Notes: generated from the sequence alone by a model not told the origin. Counted from the whole stretch's first letter, positions 11,736-25,865 are shown. The stretch: DNA of 62,960 bases, filler included, from Octopus bimaculoides (GCF_001194135.2; 6 parts of 5 records of this genome joined end to end with filler, not necessarily neighbours in it); one strand, 5' to 3'. Program-made: numbers and translations.

Positions 11736-13139
11736 TATATTCAACTTAAAATTGAAGCTTAGGGAGGAATTATTCTAAAAAAAAATGCTATTTTTACTCT
11801 TTAATAAAGATCAACTCTGATGAAATCAATATATTACTAAGATATTTCCACCTTTTATAATCTCTTCTGTATTCAAACATAGAATATCCACGATTATATT
11901 ATTCTAAGTATTCGTCCGTTTTTTTTTTCTAAACAATAATGAGGTATTATTTGAATGAGATTTCGCTATTATCTCTACCACGTCGAGAAATATGTTTACT
12001 AGTAATGAAAATATGTTTAAACAAAATTTGGTTACAGATAGAAAGATTATATAAAAGTCAACAGACAAATACGCACAAAACATCTATTCACATATATGAA
12101 TACATACCTACGTGCGTGTATTTATAGCCTAATACTTATACAGATACAGGCATGCATATATACTTGGAAGTATACATACATAAATATAAACGCCCACACG
12201 CACACACACATATAGGGAGGGGACATTTGTAAGAGAGCTATGTTTGTCCTTTAATTTTGACAATTAAATGTTCTTCATAACTGGTAAGCAGTATGTTGAC
12301 GATGCTAAAGAACTAAAGCAAGGCGAAACAATAGTCCTTTTTTAATAATATCAAGTATTTGGAAATACAAAGAAAAAATAAAATAAAAAGGTCGTTGATC
12401 TATTTCAGGCTATCAGCTTATATGATATTGTTTATTATCACATGCAAACATACAAACGAATAACTGCACTTCTCTTCAACAAAATTAGAAAAAAAAAAAA
12501 AAGCAACAATGTACGGGGGCAATAAAAAGGAAACACTGAAAATAAATTGATTAGCCACAAGCAAGTTATTGAAAGTTATCATTAAGACAACATCGGTGTT
12601 GTAGAAGAGTAACTGAGTTCAAACTAATGAGAAATACCATGGAAAATCCGGCACTATCACGCTATTAGATGTCAGAAGTGAAAGTAGTCGCTGTCTGTCT
12701 GCCTGTCTGCCTGCATGCCTGTTGCTGGTCTGTCAGCCTGCTTGCCTGTCTGCCTGCTTGCGTGCTGAGCTATCTGTCTGTCTGTCTGTCTGTCTGCTGG
12801 TTTGAGTTGATACTTTGGCTTACTTACTTACTGATATCTATCTACTATGTATCTATCTATCAATTATTAGAAAACACAAATTTAATATAAAAACATTTTC
12901 CTGAAATTGCAAATTATTTAAAATATAAAAATATAATTTTCAACAGAGAGAATTTATCAAAATAGAAAACAAATGAAGTTTGAAGTTAAGTTTAAAAATA
13001 AATGTGATACTTATGCTCCGTAGATACTTATACTCTGTANNNNNNNNNNNNNNNNNNNNNNNNNNNNNNNNNNNNNNNNNNNNTTAATTAATTAANNNNN
13101 NNNNNNNNNNNNNNNNNNNNNNNNNNNNNNNNNNNNNNN

Positions 13140-13446
13140 AGAGGTAACTCGAATGTGGAATCTTAAAACAGAAACAATTCCTATCATAGTAGGTGCCTTA
13201 GGTATACTAAAAACATATTCAGGCAAATACATAACAAAAGCACCAGGACTTACAAATATATATAACATACAGAAAATTGCACTACTGGGCACTGCACACA
13301 TCCTACGCAAAACGCTTTCAATACAGTAACCATAAGAACATCACAGCAAACCACAGCACATACCCAAGGCGCACAGAGCTGTGCTCGGTAGTGAAGTGAA
13401 AGCACGTTATAAAAATAAAACTACTGAATAATAATAATAATAATAA
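13140..13446 (+). mobile_element. R4/Dong-like LINE 3' end with (AAT)n tail
   Basis: EVTRMWNLKTETIPIIVGALG...IQKIALLGTAHILRKTLSIQ*, then a ~100-bp 3' UTR and (AAT)n. The 5' side lies in a join. Confidence 0.85.
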
Positions 13447-16046
13447 AATTAATCATGTGAAACATATTGAGTACGTTTAATACGTAGCCACGCACGTCGA
13501 AGCACGTCGGTTTGTGTATATGGGCAACTTGATATGTACGATTCATATATATATATATTTACATGAGCTGCAATTGATACTTTATAATTGTATGTCGCAT
13601 TACTTTTATTAATTCGTATGAAATTTAATGCAAAAAGTTTGCGTTGCTTATTTGACCAAATGATGTTCATAATAATATATTTACTAGTTTCCGTTTGAAG
13701 ATTATTTTCTTATTGATGTTACAACGTCTGTAGGTTCCTTCGTATTCCAGCATTTGCACAAGTTATGGTTAGGTTTATCAACCCATCGACAATTCATTCT
13801 TCATAGAAGGTCAACAAATATATAAACCTTAGATTGTCGAGAACATTTTGACAAGATTGAAGATGCATGGAATAAAATGAAATGAATAAAATGTGCCGAA
13901 TGAGATCTTATTTTCCTGCTGTTGCTTTGTGGATGATCAGTACTTAAAGAAACATGGAGCATGTGCCTTATACTATCAGTCGATACTGGTAATTGCTACG
14001 ATGCTGTCGTTGTGGCGGTGCATTATTATATTTGTTTAAATTATATCAATGTTATCTAACATCTATTACAAATTTGTGTGGACTTATATACTCTTCTCTC
14101 TATTTTTTGCATATTTGTAATAGGCAGTTTCTACCCCTCATAGGTATAGAATATTTTCAATATACTTAAAAATAGTTGGTGTATTACAAAATTATAATTA
14201 GCGTCGCTAATTCTCCATTTGCAACAAGAACACATGAAACATTGTACGTTACTACCATCATTCGAAGAAGAGGCAGAATGACGCTTCATCTAATTTTACT
14301 TGTCATTTGAAGTTAATGTTTTTTGAAAAGTATTTAACTGATTGCCCAGAAACCACTTGTGTATTATAGTGAAATTATCACTTCAACTGCCTAAGCGTAA
14401 TATTGAACGTAATTGCAATTGCCATGGTTTAAATATATATATATATATATATATTTCCTTTCCTGAGCGTCCAATAATACTATCCATATCACGTCCTCAC
14501 TTTGTTGTTTTTTTGTTTTTTTGTTATTGTGTTTTTGAACTATATATATATATATATATNNNNNNNNNNNNNNNNNNNNNNNNNNNNNNNNNNNNNNNNN
14601 NNNNNNNNNNNNNNNNNNNNNNNNNNNNNNNNNNNNNNNNNNNNNNNNNNNNNNNNNNNNNNNNNNNNNNNNNNNNNNNNNNNNNNNNNNNNNNNNNNNN
14701 NNNNNNNNNNNNNNNNNNNNNNNNNNNNNNNNNNNNNNNNNNNNNNNNNNNNATATATGTATGTATATATGTATGTATGTATATACATACATTAATGGAA
14801 ATACAATTTGTCAATGTTAAAGATTTATATAAAAATAATCAATACGTTATCCAAAGAGGCATAACACAAATATATCCAAAAGACACAAACTTCTACGTCA
14901 GAATAAGAAAACAAGGATACTAACTATAGAAATAAGCATAAGATTGTTAAATATTAATGCAGGCTATCATTTATATGCATAGAAAAAGCTAATATGTGAA
15001 GAAATGCAGTGCTATTAGGCAGTAGAATGCTATGGGATAGAGGCGAAAGCCGAGTATTTTTGCATAAACTATTTTCGCCTACTCGAATCACAATCAATTT
15101 CAATCAGAATCTCATCCATATTCAAATACATCGACGAAGTTGCATATTGCAAGTTATATACGAAAAGTGTTTTTAAAATGTACTAACATATATCGGCTAT
15201 TCAAATTATTTAACTAGTCAACAAAGTTGTTCTATGTTTTACAATGTACTTAGTGTATGATGAATAAATTTAACGGAACTACGTATCGAAATGTTAAAAA
15301 AGAATGATCAAATTATAAAAAAGCCTAAGGCATATGCCTGAGGCGTCGGTAAATATAATCTGAATTTCTTTGCTTCAAACATTGTAACACTGGAAATGGT
15401 AAATGAAAACTGTGAATTAAAATTTTCTAAAAATCAATTGAACATTGTATGTCTTTTTAAACATTTCGATAATTGGTTTATATTTATGAATTGCCAATTT
15501 TTTTTTACCATACTCATTAAGAACTAAGTTCTAACCAACAAGATAAATAAATACTAGAACAATGGATATATTGCTGAGCAGCAAATAAGGTAACCAACGC
15601 CAAACACAATATATGAGGTTATATTCTGCTGTACATCTCACTAATATGTTATAAGTGGGTATATATATATATATNNNNNNNNNNNNNNNNNNNNNNNNNN
15701 NNNNNNNNNNNNNNNNNNNNNNNNNNNNNNNNNNNNNNNNNNNNNNNNNNNNNNNNNNNNNNNNNNNNNNNNNNNNNNNNNNNNNNNNNNNNNNNNNNNN
15801 NNNNNNNNNNNNNNNNNNNNNNNNNNNNNNNNNNNNNNNNNNNNNNNNNNNNNNNNNNNNNNNNNNNNNNNNNNNNNNNNNNNNNNNNNNNNNNNNNNNN
15901 NNNNNNNNNNNNNNNNNNNNNNNNNNNNNNNNNNNNTATAATGTGTAGAAAAAGACCCTGTGAGACCTGTGAACAGGCTGCTGTTCGCTCTCATAGAATG
16001 CACCGCAGCAAAAAAAGATCAAGCGCTCTGAGTATTAAGAACAGTA

Positions 16047-16126
<80 letters not shown>

Positions 16127-16668
16127 TAATAATAATAATATTAATCAAAACAAGAAGAAAAATAGCAACAACAATAACCACAATAATAATAACAATAATA
16201 ACGATAATAATAATATCGATATCGATGCTAAACTTCATTTCTATATTCCAATATTTCATAAAACTCTATTTAAAATCCATAACGTAGTAACGATATTGCA
16301 TTCTAGTTAGTCGTATTTACTAAGTTCTTGTGAGAAAATCTCTGCGTTTATTGAGATACTGCAGGCAAAATAGTTATTTTGTCAACAAAATTCCGTGCAT
16401 AACATGTATATTAATACAACATACTGCACGTGATCAACTTCAATATTATTTTTGTTTGTTTAACACACTATCTAATATAATCTGCAGGGATTCGTAAACG
16501 TTCAACACAGTTTTTTACAAACATGATAAAGATTTGAATAGTTCTTGCCCACGTTTTGCTGTTGATATACAACCTACAGCTCCTTAGTATCTTATATTTG
16601 CGTAACTACACACACACACACACACCCACACCCACACACACACACACACACACACACANNNNNNNNNN

Positions 16669-16712
<44 letters not shown>

Positions 16713-17677
16713 AATGTGTGTATCTATGTAAGTATGTATGTACGTATGTATGTATGTATGGAAGCATGTATGTATGTGTGTATTTATTGGCTTGAAGACA
16801 AAAAGGCATGCTGCGATACATAGATATACACGCGTATATGTATAGATTAGGAGATATAAATATAGTTATATGTATGCTGAATTTGCTTCACGAACACTAG
16901 AAGACATCAGAACAACTACACTGCTGTATAAGTCACAGAGATCACAACATTCCTCTGGCCAGATCGCCGCTAAGTTGCAGATATCAGGTAGATTTGAGTG
17001 GTGAGGTGCCCATTCGAAAACATCGAACTCCATTCTTGAATAGGAATACATTTCATGGAAATACAAAAAAAAACTTTAGATTCACTTCAACATTTAAATT
17101 TAATTTGCTAAATTATTTTCGTCGCTTTCAGACCGCGATCCGTTCACTGACAAAATTCTGTGCTGCACCTCGTGATTATCAATTCTAGGTTNNNNNNNNN
17201 NNNNNNNNNNNNNNNNNNNNNNNNNNNNNNNNNNNNNNNNNNNNNNNNNNNNNNNNNNNNNNNNNNNNNNNNNNNNNNNNNNNNNNNNNNNNNNNNNNNN
17301 NNNNNNNNNNNNNNNNNNNNNNNNNNNNNNNNNNNNNNNNNNNNNNNNNNNNNNNNNNNNNNNNNNNNNNNNNNNNNNNNNNNNNNNNNNNNNNNNNNNN
17401 NNNNNNNNNNNNNNNNNNNNNNNNNNNNNNNNNNNNNNNNNNNNNNNNNNNNNNNNNNNNNNNNNNNNNNNNNNNNNNNNNNNNNNNNNNNNNNNNNNNN
17501 NNNNNNNNNNNNNNNNNNNNNNNNNNNNNNNNNNNNNNNNNNNNNNNNNNNNNNNNNNNNNNNNNNNNNNNNNNNNNNNNNNNNNNNNNNNNNNNNNNNN
17601 NNNNNNNNNNNNNNNNNNNNNNNNNNNNNNNNNNNNNNNNNNNNNNNNNNNNNNNNNNNNNNNNNNNNNNNNNNNTA

Positions 17678-17710
<33 letters not shown>

Positions 17711-18532
17711 ATATGTATGTATGTATGTATGTTTGTATGTATGTATATATACACACATATATATTTGCTTGCACGCGCACGTGTTTGCATATCGCGATGC
17801 ACGCCTGCAAACACATTAATATTCATATGATTCATTTGATATGTTCAAAGAAAATGGATTTTGAACTTTATCACTCTGTATATATATGTATAGATTTACA
17901 TATTTATGTGAGTGTGTGTGCGTGTGCGTGCGTGTGGACGGCCATATGTCCGTTTGTATACTTATAAATCTAATACACATAGACATATAAATATTCATTT
18001 TCAAGTACTAACACTTTTATATACGTTCTTAAACAATCACCCAACTCACCTATGCAGACCCGCACCCCAGCAGGCATAAACATAATTGTAATCACACGAA
18101 CGGTATCATGAGAGTTCTTAAGAAATTTGATAAATAGCTCTGTTAGATATACAGCTGTAAGCTATACATAATGACACCAGACAGACTGACTATGTCGCGA
18201 GCTTTCTATGTTTTTCAACAACGTAAGTGAATAAGTATAGAATTTCAAAATACTCCTCAATTACATTTTTCTTTATATTCACATCCATCACTGCATGTAC
18301 ACGATCTTTCGCTTTTTAATATAGCAGGCTTTCTCTGTTTTTGTATGTATGTATGTATGTGTTTATGTATTCTGTAGAAGTGAATCTCAATGTGGGTATA
18401 GATGCACGTTCATATATACATGCATCTTCATATGCCTTCATTTATGAAAACATACATGCATACATACATATATACATATATATACACATACGTACATAAT
18501 ACATACATACGTATACACACACATACACACAG

Positions 18533-18584
<52 letters not shown>

Positions 18585-18639
18585 CCCAGCTCCCTCCCAG
18601 GCTGCCGCATCACCCTTATCTGTACAACACTACATTCCT

Positions 18640-18945
18640 CACAGGCATCCTTCATCGACCCTATCATATCATTGAGCAGTTGAGGGCATATCTTAGAGGG
18701 CCACTATTAAAAGCAGTGGCCCCGAGACAGTGCCCTGTTTTAAACCGCTCACTATATGTGTTTACTTTAGCCTCTACTGCCTGACATCTATCTTTCAGAA
18801 AGTCATGTAACTTGTCTCCAAGTTTTCCAACTTTGTCTAGATTATGCAGTTTGTGGCATATCATACCATGATCTACTTAATCAAATCCTTTTGCAAAGTC
18901 TAGGTATATTACATCCATATTTCAGGAATTTCTTACCAATAGGAA
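18640..18945 (-). mobile_element. CR1/L2/Jockey-group reverse transcriptase remnant
   Basis: DVIYLDFAKGFD*VDHGMICHKL...HDFLKDRCQAV, then frameshifted QGTVSGPLLLIVAL*DMP. Confidence 0.8.
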
Positions 18946-18974
18946 ACTTGACGGAAATGCTGACCTTCTGAGTA

Positions 18975-19475
18975 GAAACTATCTACTTCAGAGTAAATAC
19001 TGATATATATATCGACAATCTGAGTGTTTAGCTATGGGTTCGCCGTTATGACCAATAATAGACAATTTATACATGTAATACTTTCAGAATTTGGCTTTAG
19101 GGTCATCATCACTAAATCCAGCACTATGGCTTCGATACATTGATGACACCTTTATACTCTGGTCCCATGAAGAAGATGTCGAAGTACTGCTAGCTCATGT
19201 GAACTCAATAAAGCCATCCATGCAGTTCACAATGGAAAAGGAAAAGGACAATCAGCTAGCCTTCCTGGATGTATTAATAACACACACTAAGCATGGGTTC
19301 ATGACATCTGTATACCGCAAGCCAACCTTCACTGGACGACACCTATATGAAAGGCCACTCGAAGAAGATACAAAAGATATGCCGTCCATATGACTTCAGG
19401 ACGGTATTCAAGGTTAATGCAACACTTCGCAAATATCTCCGAGTAAAACCACCAATAGAAGAGAATATGAAAGAG
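18975..19475 (+). mobile_element. Penelope-like element RT remnant with an internal deletion
   Basis: YRQSECLAMGSPL...WLRYIDDTF...FTMEKEKDNQLAFLDVL...VYRKPTFTG, jumping to YMKGHSKKIQKICRPYDFRTVFK (linker upstream of GIY-YIG). Confidence 0.85.
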
Positions 19476-20079
19476 GTATCAGATAATACTTATTCACACA
19501 AAGCGCATCTTGTGATTAACGTTTGATCATCACGTCTATACTGATTGGCTATTTGTAACTACAACTTTTATTGGCTTGTTATCTGTTTCTGGTATGACGT
19601 CAGGCTATTTGCTTGTACATTTAAATGCAAATCGAGAAATTCAGCAAAGAGTAAAGGAAACGAATTTATTTTTTTAATTAACCCTTCAGCATCACTGCAA
19701 GGATGAGATCTAATAGATTATTTCCTAATAGTAGAGTAACATATAAATAATACAAAATATTTAACTGAGCCACAATGTGATTCCAGTAATGCTCTTAATT
19801 TTGCGGTAAGCGTATTTACTTCTAGTGAATAATCTGCAAATCAATGCAAACAGAGTCTTCGTGCGATTACCATACATAACATATCTGAACCGTATAGCCA
19901 ATTACAGTCTAACTACCAGTAATCTTTATATAATGTGTTTTCCTACATGTTTAGAAATCCCTACAAACGTATCAATGCTTTGCTAGTGGGCGGCTATATC
20001 TGGAAATTAAATGATATATTTGCGCCTAACAGTATACATGACAATACAAGAGACACTATTAGTTTCAAATTTTAGGATA

Positions 20080-20242
20080 AGGGCAGCAATTTCATCGATT
20101 CCAGTGCACAATTGGTTCTTATTTTATTAACCCTGACAGGAAAAGGGAAAATCGACCTCAGAGGAATTTTGAACTAAGAACGGAGGAAATGCTGCTAAGC
20201 ATGATGCCAGGCGTACTAACAATTTTTGCCAGTTCACCGCTT
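20080..20242 (-). mobile_element. SINE family D, diverged
   Basis: Contains GGAAAATCGACCTCAGAGGAATTTTGAACT and a TGCTAAGCAT head segment. Confidence 0.7.
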
Positions 20243-21439
20243 TAATACATAAGAAAATATTTAGCAAAATAAGGATTTTTACTGAGGACTACAAACCGTT
20301 TCAACTTTTGGGAACGATACAACGTGACGAGAATCAGAGATGTGTGCATTGAAATACTTGTCATATTGTGTTTGCATACCCAGAAGAGGAAAAGTTTAAT
20401 TAATTACTCTAAATGGTAGCATTATTATGTTTGCACTAATATTCCACTTTAATGTGGTTTACATCTCTTGCCGTATATTATACACTTTCATTTACGAACT
20501 AATTTCCCTGATTTCAATTATAGACTCCTATTCCTCATCATTACATTATCATCACATAATTTAAAATCTAAGTTCTCAAGTTACTATGTAGATTCTTTCC
20601 CATTCCTTTAATTCCATCAATCTTGTCTCCGTTATCCTATAGTATTTGCATGGTTTCTTAAGTAATTAAATATTTTGTGCATATATATATATATATNNNN
20701 NNNNNNATATACATATTACTCTGTCATTACTATGTTTTTAATTTACGACTGAATTTTATACTATAGAAATAAATGAGTGCTCGTGATTTTACTACTTTTA
20801 TAATTTATTAAAGTAATTATTGAGTTAATTCTGTTACTACCCGTTCAACTAATTCAGTAAAATATGGTTTAATGGAAATTCTTATTTTATACTTGTAATA
20901 ATTTTTCTTGATAACTTCCAAATGTCCTTACTCATAGATTTAAAGTATCAGCAGCTTGCGATTGAATTATCAATATAGTCAGCATCATGTACTCGTTTGC
21001 ACCATCGCATACATAGTTTCGTAACACTAGATTCTGGTAAGGATCCTTTTATATCAACAATAATATGTTTCCGTTACGCAAACTGCAATTACGTGTCTAC
21101 TGTTCTTCCAAAATTTACTCAAATCTTCATAAAATATTCCGTATGTATATCTAGATGAGTACTATCAGCTTGGCATTATTTCATACAACAAACAAAAACA
21201 TTTTTTGCAATTTAATTTTATTTCAAAAAACTTCTATCATTTTAGTAAATTCTTTTCAAAAAGTGGAGATTATGCTTACAGTGATATAACCAACCACAAA
21301 ACTGCCAACACAACAAAACACCGTTAAATGCATATATATNNNNNNNNNNNNNNNNNNNNNNNNNNNNNNNNNNNNNNNNNNNNTTAATTAATTAANNNNN
21401 NNNNNNNNNNNNNNNNNNNNNNNNNNNNNNNNNNNNNNN

Positions 21440-21654
21440 AGTCCTTGAAGCTCTTCATCATCTTTGCCATATAGCTTTAAATCATCCATATAAAATAGAT
21501 GGCTTATTTTCTTGTTGTCAATTTTGTAGCCATACCCTGTTCTATTCAGTTCACTTGAGAGTGGTATCAGTGCTATGCAGAAAATTAGTGGTGAAAGCGA
21601 GTCACCCTGGAAAATGCCACAGTTTATGCTAATATTGTTTGAGTGCAATACTCC
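21440..21654 (-). mobile_element. R4/Dong-like RT fragment, 5'-truncated at an (AAT)n tract
   Basis: GIFQGDSLSPLIFCIALIPLS...SHLFYMDDLKLY are R4-clade RT motifs. The 5' junction abuts (ATT)n/(ATC)n at 21655-21710. Confidence 0.85.
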
Positions 21655-22279
21655 ATTATTATTATTATTATTATCATTATTATTATTATTATCATCATCA
21701 TCATCATCATCAGAGAGCAGTGGCTCTCATGGCTTCTGATCTTCTGACCACTGTTTTACGGCACACATTCAACTATTTTGTTAGTTCCTTATTGCTCACT
21801 CCTGCTGTTTTCAAAGTGACAATCTGGTCACATTTTGCTTTCAATGCCATGTTTATTTACAAACTGTTATAGACGAAAGAAGCAACAGACACTTGAACAA
21901 AAGAGATTTGCAAATTTTTATGCAAAACATAGATAATATTACCTGAACCGATATTCTTTAGGAAGAGTTTTAACCATGGGTAAACCTTTATGGGACACCC
22001 TGTATAAATTCATATTCTATACAGCAATGACATAATAGACGTAATTATGCCACAAGTCATAGTTCATCCGAAACAGCTGTCAAGATTAGACTATTACATC
22101 ATTCCTTTTATCAATTTGTATTCCATGTAAATACACTAACCTACTTGTGTTTATCTGCTTTCTTCATTTCTGTAGACACACACACACACATTTATATATA
22201 GGCAAGAGATTTCTATTACAGCCTTGAGCTAGCCAATGCCTTGGGAATAGAATTAATAGACAGAAACTGCATGAAGGCC

Positions 22280-22322
<43 letters not shown>

Positions 22323-23382
22323 ATGTCTGTGAAGAGGCAGGGCATAGACAGAAAAAACAAAGATGGTTATGATGATGATGACGATGATGATTATGATGAC
22401 AATGATGACTATGATGATAATGATGATGATTATGATGACGGCAGCAACAATTTTGATGAAAATGATTATGATGATGGCTATGATGATTATAATGATAGCA
22501 ATGATGATTTTATATATCCTGAGCAGAACAGTGGGTATATAACACAGACAGCTATACAGATATACAGTAAAATGTATAGAAATAAATTTTGAAAGTGAGT
22601 ACATCTACACCCAATGTCACCCACCCCCAGGGGTACTCACCCCTAAGAATAGTGCTTCAGTAGTTTTCTTCATCTCCACCTGTTGTTAACTTCAAATGAC
22701 AACAATGGCTTCATTGATGTGAGTCATGAAAGCACACATTCATACTTGTCAGACCCAACATACTTCACTCATCTTCCACGTACTCCTGGGTACCAAAGAA
22801 CCCGTTATCTCTCTCTTCCACCTCCACTCAGTGCCCCAATCATCATCATCATCATAATAATAATAATGATAATAATGATAGTGGCTTCATTGATGTAAGA
22901 TATAAGTGAAATGTTAAAGCATGTGTATGAATATGATTAACACAATTCTACACAGTCAGGCATTTGTTGTAGTTAAATAATAACTTTGTTGCTGTTGCTG
23001 TTGTTGTATGGGCTTTTTTTTCTTGGTGAGATGAGGGTAGGAAGAAAAGATATATATATATTTACACACATACNNNNNNNNNNNNNNNNNNNNNNNNNNN
23101 NNNNNNNNNNNNNNNNNNNNNNNNNNNNNNNNNNNNNNNNNNNNNNNNNNNNNNNNNNNNNNNNNNNNNNNNNNNNNNNNNNNNNNNNNNNNNNNNNNNN
23201 NNNNNNNNNNNNNNNNNNNNNNNNNNNNNNNNNNNNNNNNNNNNNNNNNNNNNNNNNNNNNNNNNNNNNNNNNNNNNNNNNNNNNNNNNNNNNNNNNNNN
23301 NNNNNNNNNNNNNNNNNNNNATATATGTTTGTGTGTATGTGTATATATATATATGTGTGTGTGTGTTTAAGTGTATGTATCC

Positions 23383-23665
23383 TCATCATCGTTTAACGTT
23401 TGCCTTCCATGCTAGCATGGGTTGGACGATTTGACTGAGGACCAGTGAACTGGATGTCTGCACCAGGCTCCAATCTGATCTGGCAGAATTTCTGCAGCTG
23501 GATGCCCTTCCTAATGCCAACCACTCCAAGAGTGTAGTGGGTGCTTTTACGTACCACCGGCACGAAGGCCAATCAGGCGGTACTGGCAACAGCCATGCTC
23601 AAATGGTGTTTTTTACATGCCACCTGCACAGGAGCCAGTCCAGCGGCACAGTCCAATGGCCGATA
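23383..23665 (-). mobile_element. RTE-type 3' tail repeat (family E) with (ATG)n tail
   Basis: CATCATCGTTTAACG...GGATGCCCTTCCTAATGCCAACC. Related pieces occur at 33502, 37963 and 39205. Confidence 0.7.
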
Positions 23666-23843
23666 TTGTGTAAGTATATGTATGTATTTATGCAGCTACA
23701 TACACTTTTGATTCTACAGCCTACACCAGTGTATATATACAATGTGAATATATATTAAGTATGTATAATTGTAAGTGTTGTCTGCAATAGATGGACATAC
23801 AAGGACGGATAGCTAGGGAAAGAGAGAAAGAGAGACAGAGACG

Positions 23844-23923
<80 letters not shown>

Positions 23924-24023
23924 AAGAGCGAGAGAAAGAGAGAGAGAGCGAGAGAAAGAGAGAGAGAAAGAGACGGAGAGAATAAAGAGAGAGATGGATA
24001 AATAATGAAGAGAGAGAGAGAAG

Positions 24024-24073
<50 letters not shown>

Positions 24074-24458
24074 TAGATAGATGATATAGAGAGAAAGAGA
24101 GATAGACAGAGATTAATAGATGGATGAATAGATCGCTATAGATAGATACATACATACACATACATACATACATACATACATAACATACATACATACATAC
24201 ATACATACATACATAACATACATATATACATAAAAACAGACAGATTGTAGAGAGCTGACAATATAGAATAATGAGACAGGTCAAAATAAATATTGATCTG
24301 CTGAAAAATTGAAAAATACAAAAAAATCATGTTTTCATGGAAAAAGAAAAAAAATTATGAGAAATCTTCCATAGTAACAAAAGTGCAGATATCATTTCAA
24401 ACTCATTAAATATATTTTAGTAACAAGACTACAGTGTCAGTAACAACAACAACAACAC

Positions 24459-24493
<35 letters not shown>

Positions 24494-24894
24494 GGCGTAG
24501 GAGTGGCTGTGTGGTAAGTAGCTTGCTTACCAACCACATGGTCCCGGGTTCAGTGCCACTATGTGACATCTTGGGCAAGTGTCTTCTACTATAGCCTCGG
24601 GCCGACCAAAGCCTTGTGAGTGGATTTGGTAGACGGAAACTGAAAGAAGCCCGTCGTATATATGTATATATATATGTATGTGTGTATGTGTTTGTGTTTG
24701 TCCCCCCACAACATCGCTTGACAACCAATGCTGGTGTGTTTATCTCCGCGTAACTTAGTGGTTCGGCAAAAAGTGACCGATAGAATAAGTACTAGGCTTC
24801 TAAAGAATAAGTCCTGGGGTCGATTTGCTCAACTAAAGGCGGTGCTCCAGCATGGCCACAGTCAAAAGACTGAAACAAGTAAAAGAGTAAAGAG

Positions 24895-24896
<2 letters not shown>
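24494..24896 (+). mobile_element. SINE family C, full length, with internal (TA)/(TG) microsatellite
   Basis: tRNA-like head GGCGTAGGAGTGGCTGTGTGG...GGGTTCAG, CORE-like TTGGGCAAGTGTCTT, internal microsatellite at 24657-24700, and an AAAGAGTA tail. Confidence 0.9.
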
Positions 24897-24941
<45 letters not shown>

Positions 24942-24959
24942 TAGTAATAATAATAATGG

Positions 24960-25170
24960 TTTGAAATTTTGGCACAAAGCCAGTAACTGTGGGGGGAGGG
25001 TTAAAGTTAATTACATCAACCCCTACTGCTCAACTGGTACTTAATTTATTGACCCTGAAAGGATAAAAGATAAAGTTGACCTCAACAGAATTTGAACTCA
25101 GAACATAGCGATGGGTGAAGCACCGTTAAGTATTTCACCTGGCTTGCTAACGATTCTGCCAGCTCACACC
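24960..25170 (-). mobile_element. SINE family D
   Basis: Family D core; the tail appears as (AAT)n upstream on +. Confidence 0.8.
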
Positions 25171-25199
25171 TGAATGATAATAATAATAATAATAATAAT

Positions 25200-25420
25200 A
25201 ACCCTACTATAGGAACAAGGCCTGAAATGTTGGGGGAGGGGACCAATCAATTACATTGACCCCAGTGTGTATTGTATATCTGGTACTTAATTTATCAGCC
25301 CTGAAAAGATGACAGGCAAAGTTGACCGTGATGGAATTTGAACTCAGAATGTAGAAGCAGACGAAATACTGCTAAGTAATTTTGTCCAGCATGCTAACAA
25401 TTCTACCATCTCGCTGCCTT
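25200..25420 (-). mobile_element. SINE family D
   Basis: Second tandem copy, again preceded by (AAT)n. Confidence 0.8.
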
Positions 25421-25425
25421 AATGA

Positions 25426-25816
25426 TTGTTGTTGTTGTTGGCACTCCGTCGCTTACGACGTCGAGGGTTCCAGTTGATCCGATCAACGGAACAGCTTGCT
25501 CGTGAAATTAACGTGCAAGTGGCTGAGTACTCCACAGACACGTGTACTCTTAACGTAGTTCTCGGGAATATTCAGCGTGACACAGTGTGACAAGGTTGAC
25601 CCTTTGAATTACAGGCACAACAAAAACAGGAAGAAAGAGTGAGAGAAAGTTGTGGTGAAAGAGTACAGCAGGGTTCACCACCATCCCCTGCTGGAGCTTC
25701 GTAGAGCTTTAGGTGTTTTCGCTCAATAAACACTCACAACGCCCGGTCTGGGAATCGAAACCGCGATCCTATGACCGCGAGTCCGCTGCCCTAACCACCG
25801 GACCATTGCGCCTCCA
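25426..25816 (-). mobile_element. SINE family A, full length
   Basis: Reverse complement of 988-1370. Confidence 0.9.
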
Positions 25817-25833
25817 CCATAATAATAATAATA

Positions 25834-25865
<32 letters not shown>

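Noticed and set aside
16901-17190. Possible exons 16901-16987 and 17132 onward
   Set aside because: Two frames are open in the first and all three stop in the second; they lie across an artificial join from the Sushi-like exons. Too ambiguous to call.
22287-22592. Asp/Asn/Tyr-rich ORF resembling an acidic biomineral protein
   Set aside because: A degenerate (GAT)n microsatellite that starts in a (TG)n run, with no splice or signal evidence.
23721-24284. Long ER/SL-repeat ORFs
   Set aside because: (GA)n, (GACA)n and (CATA)n microsatellites.
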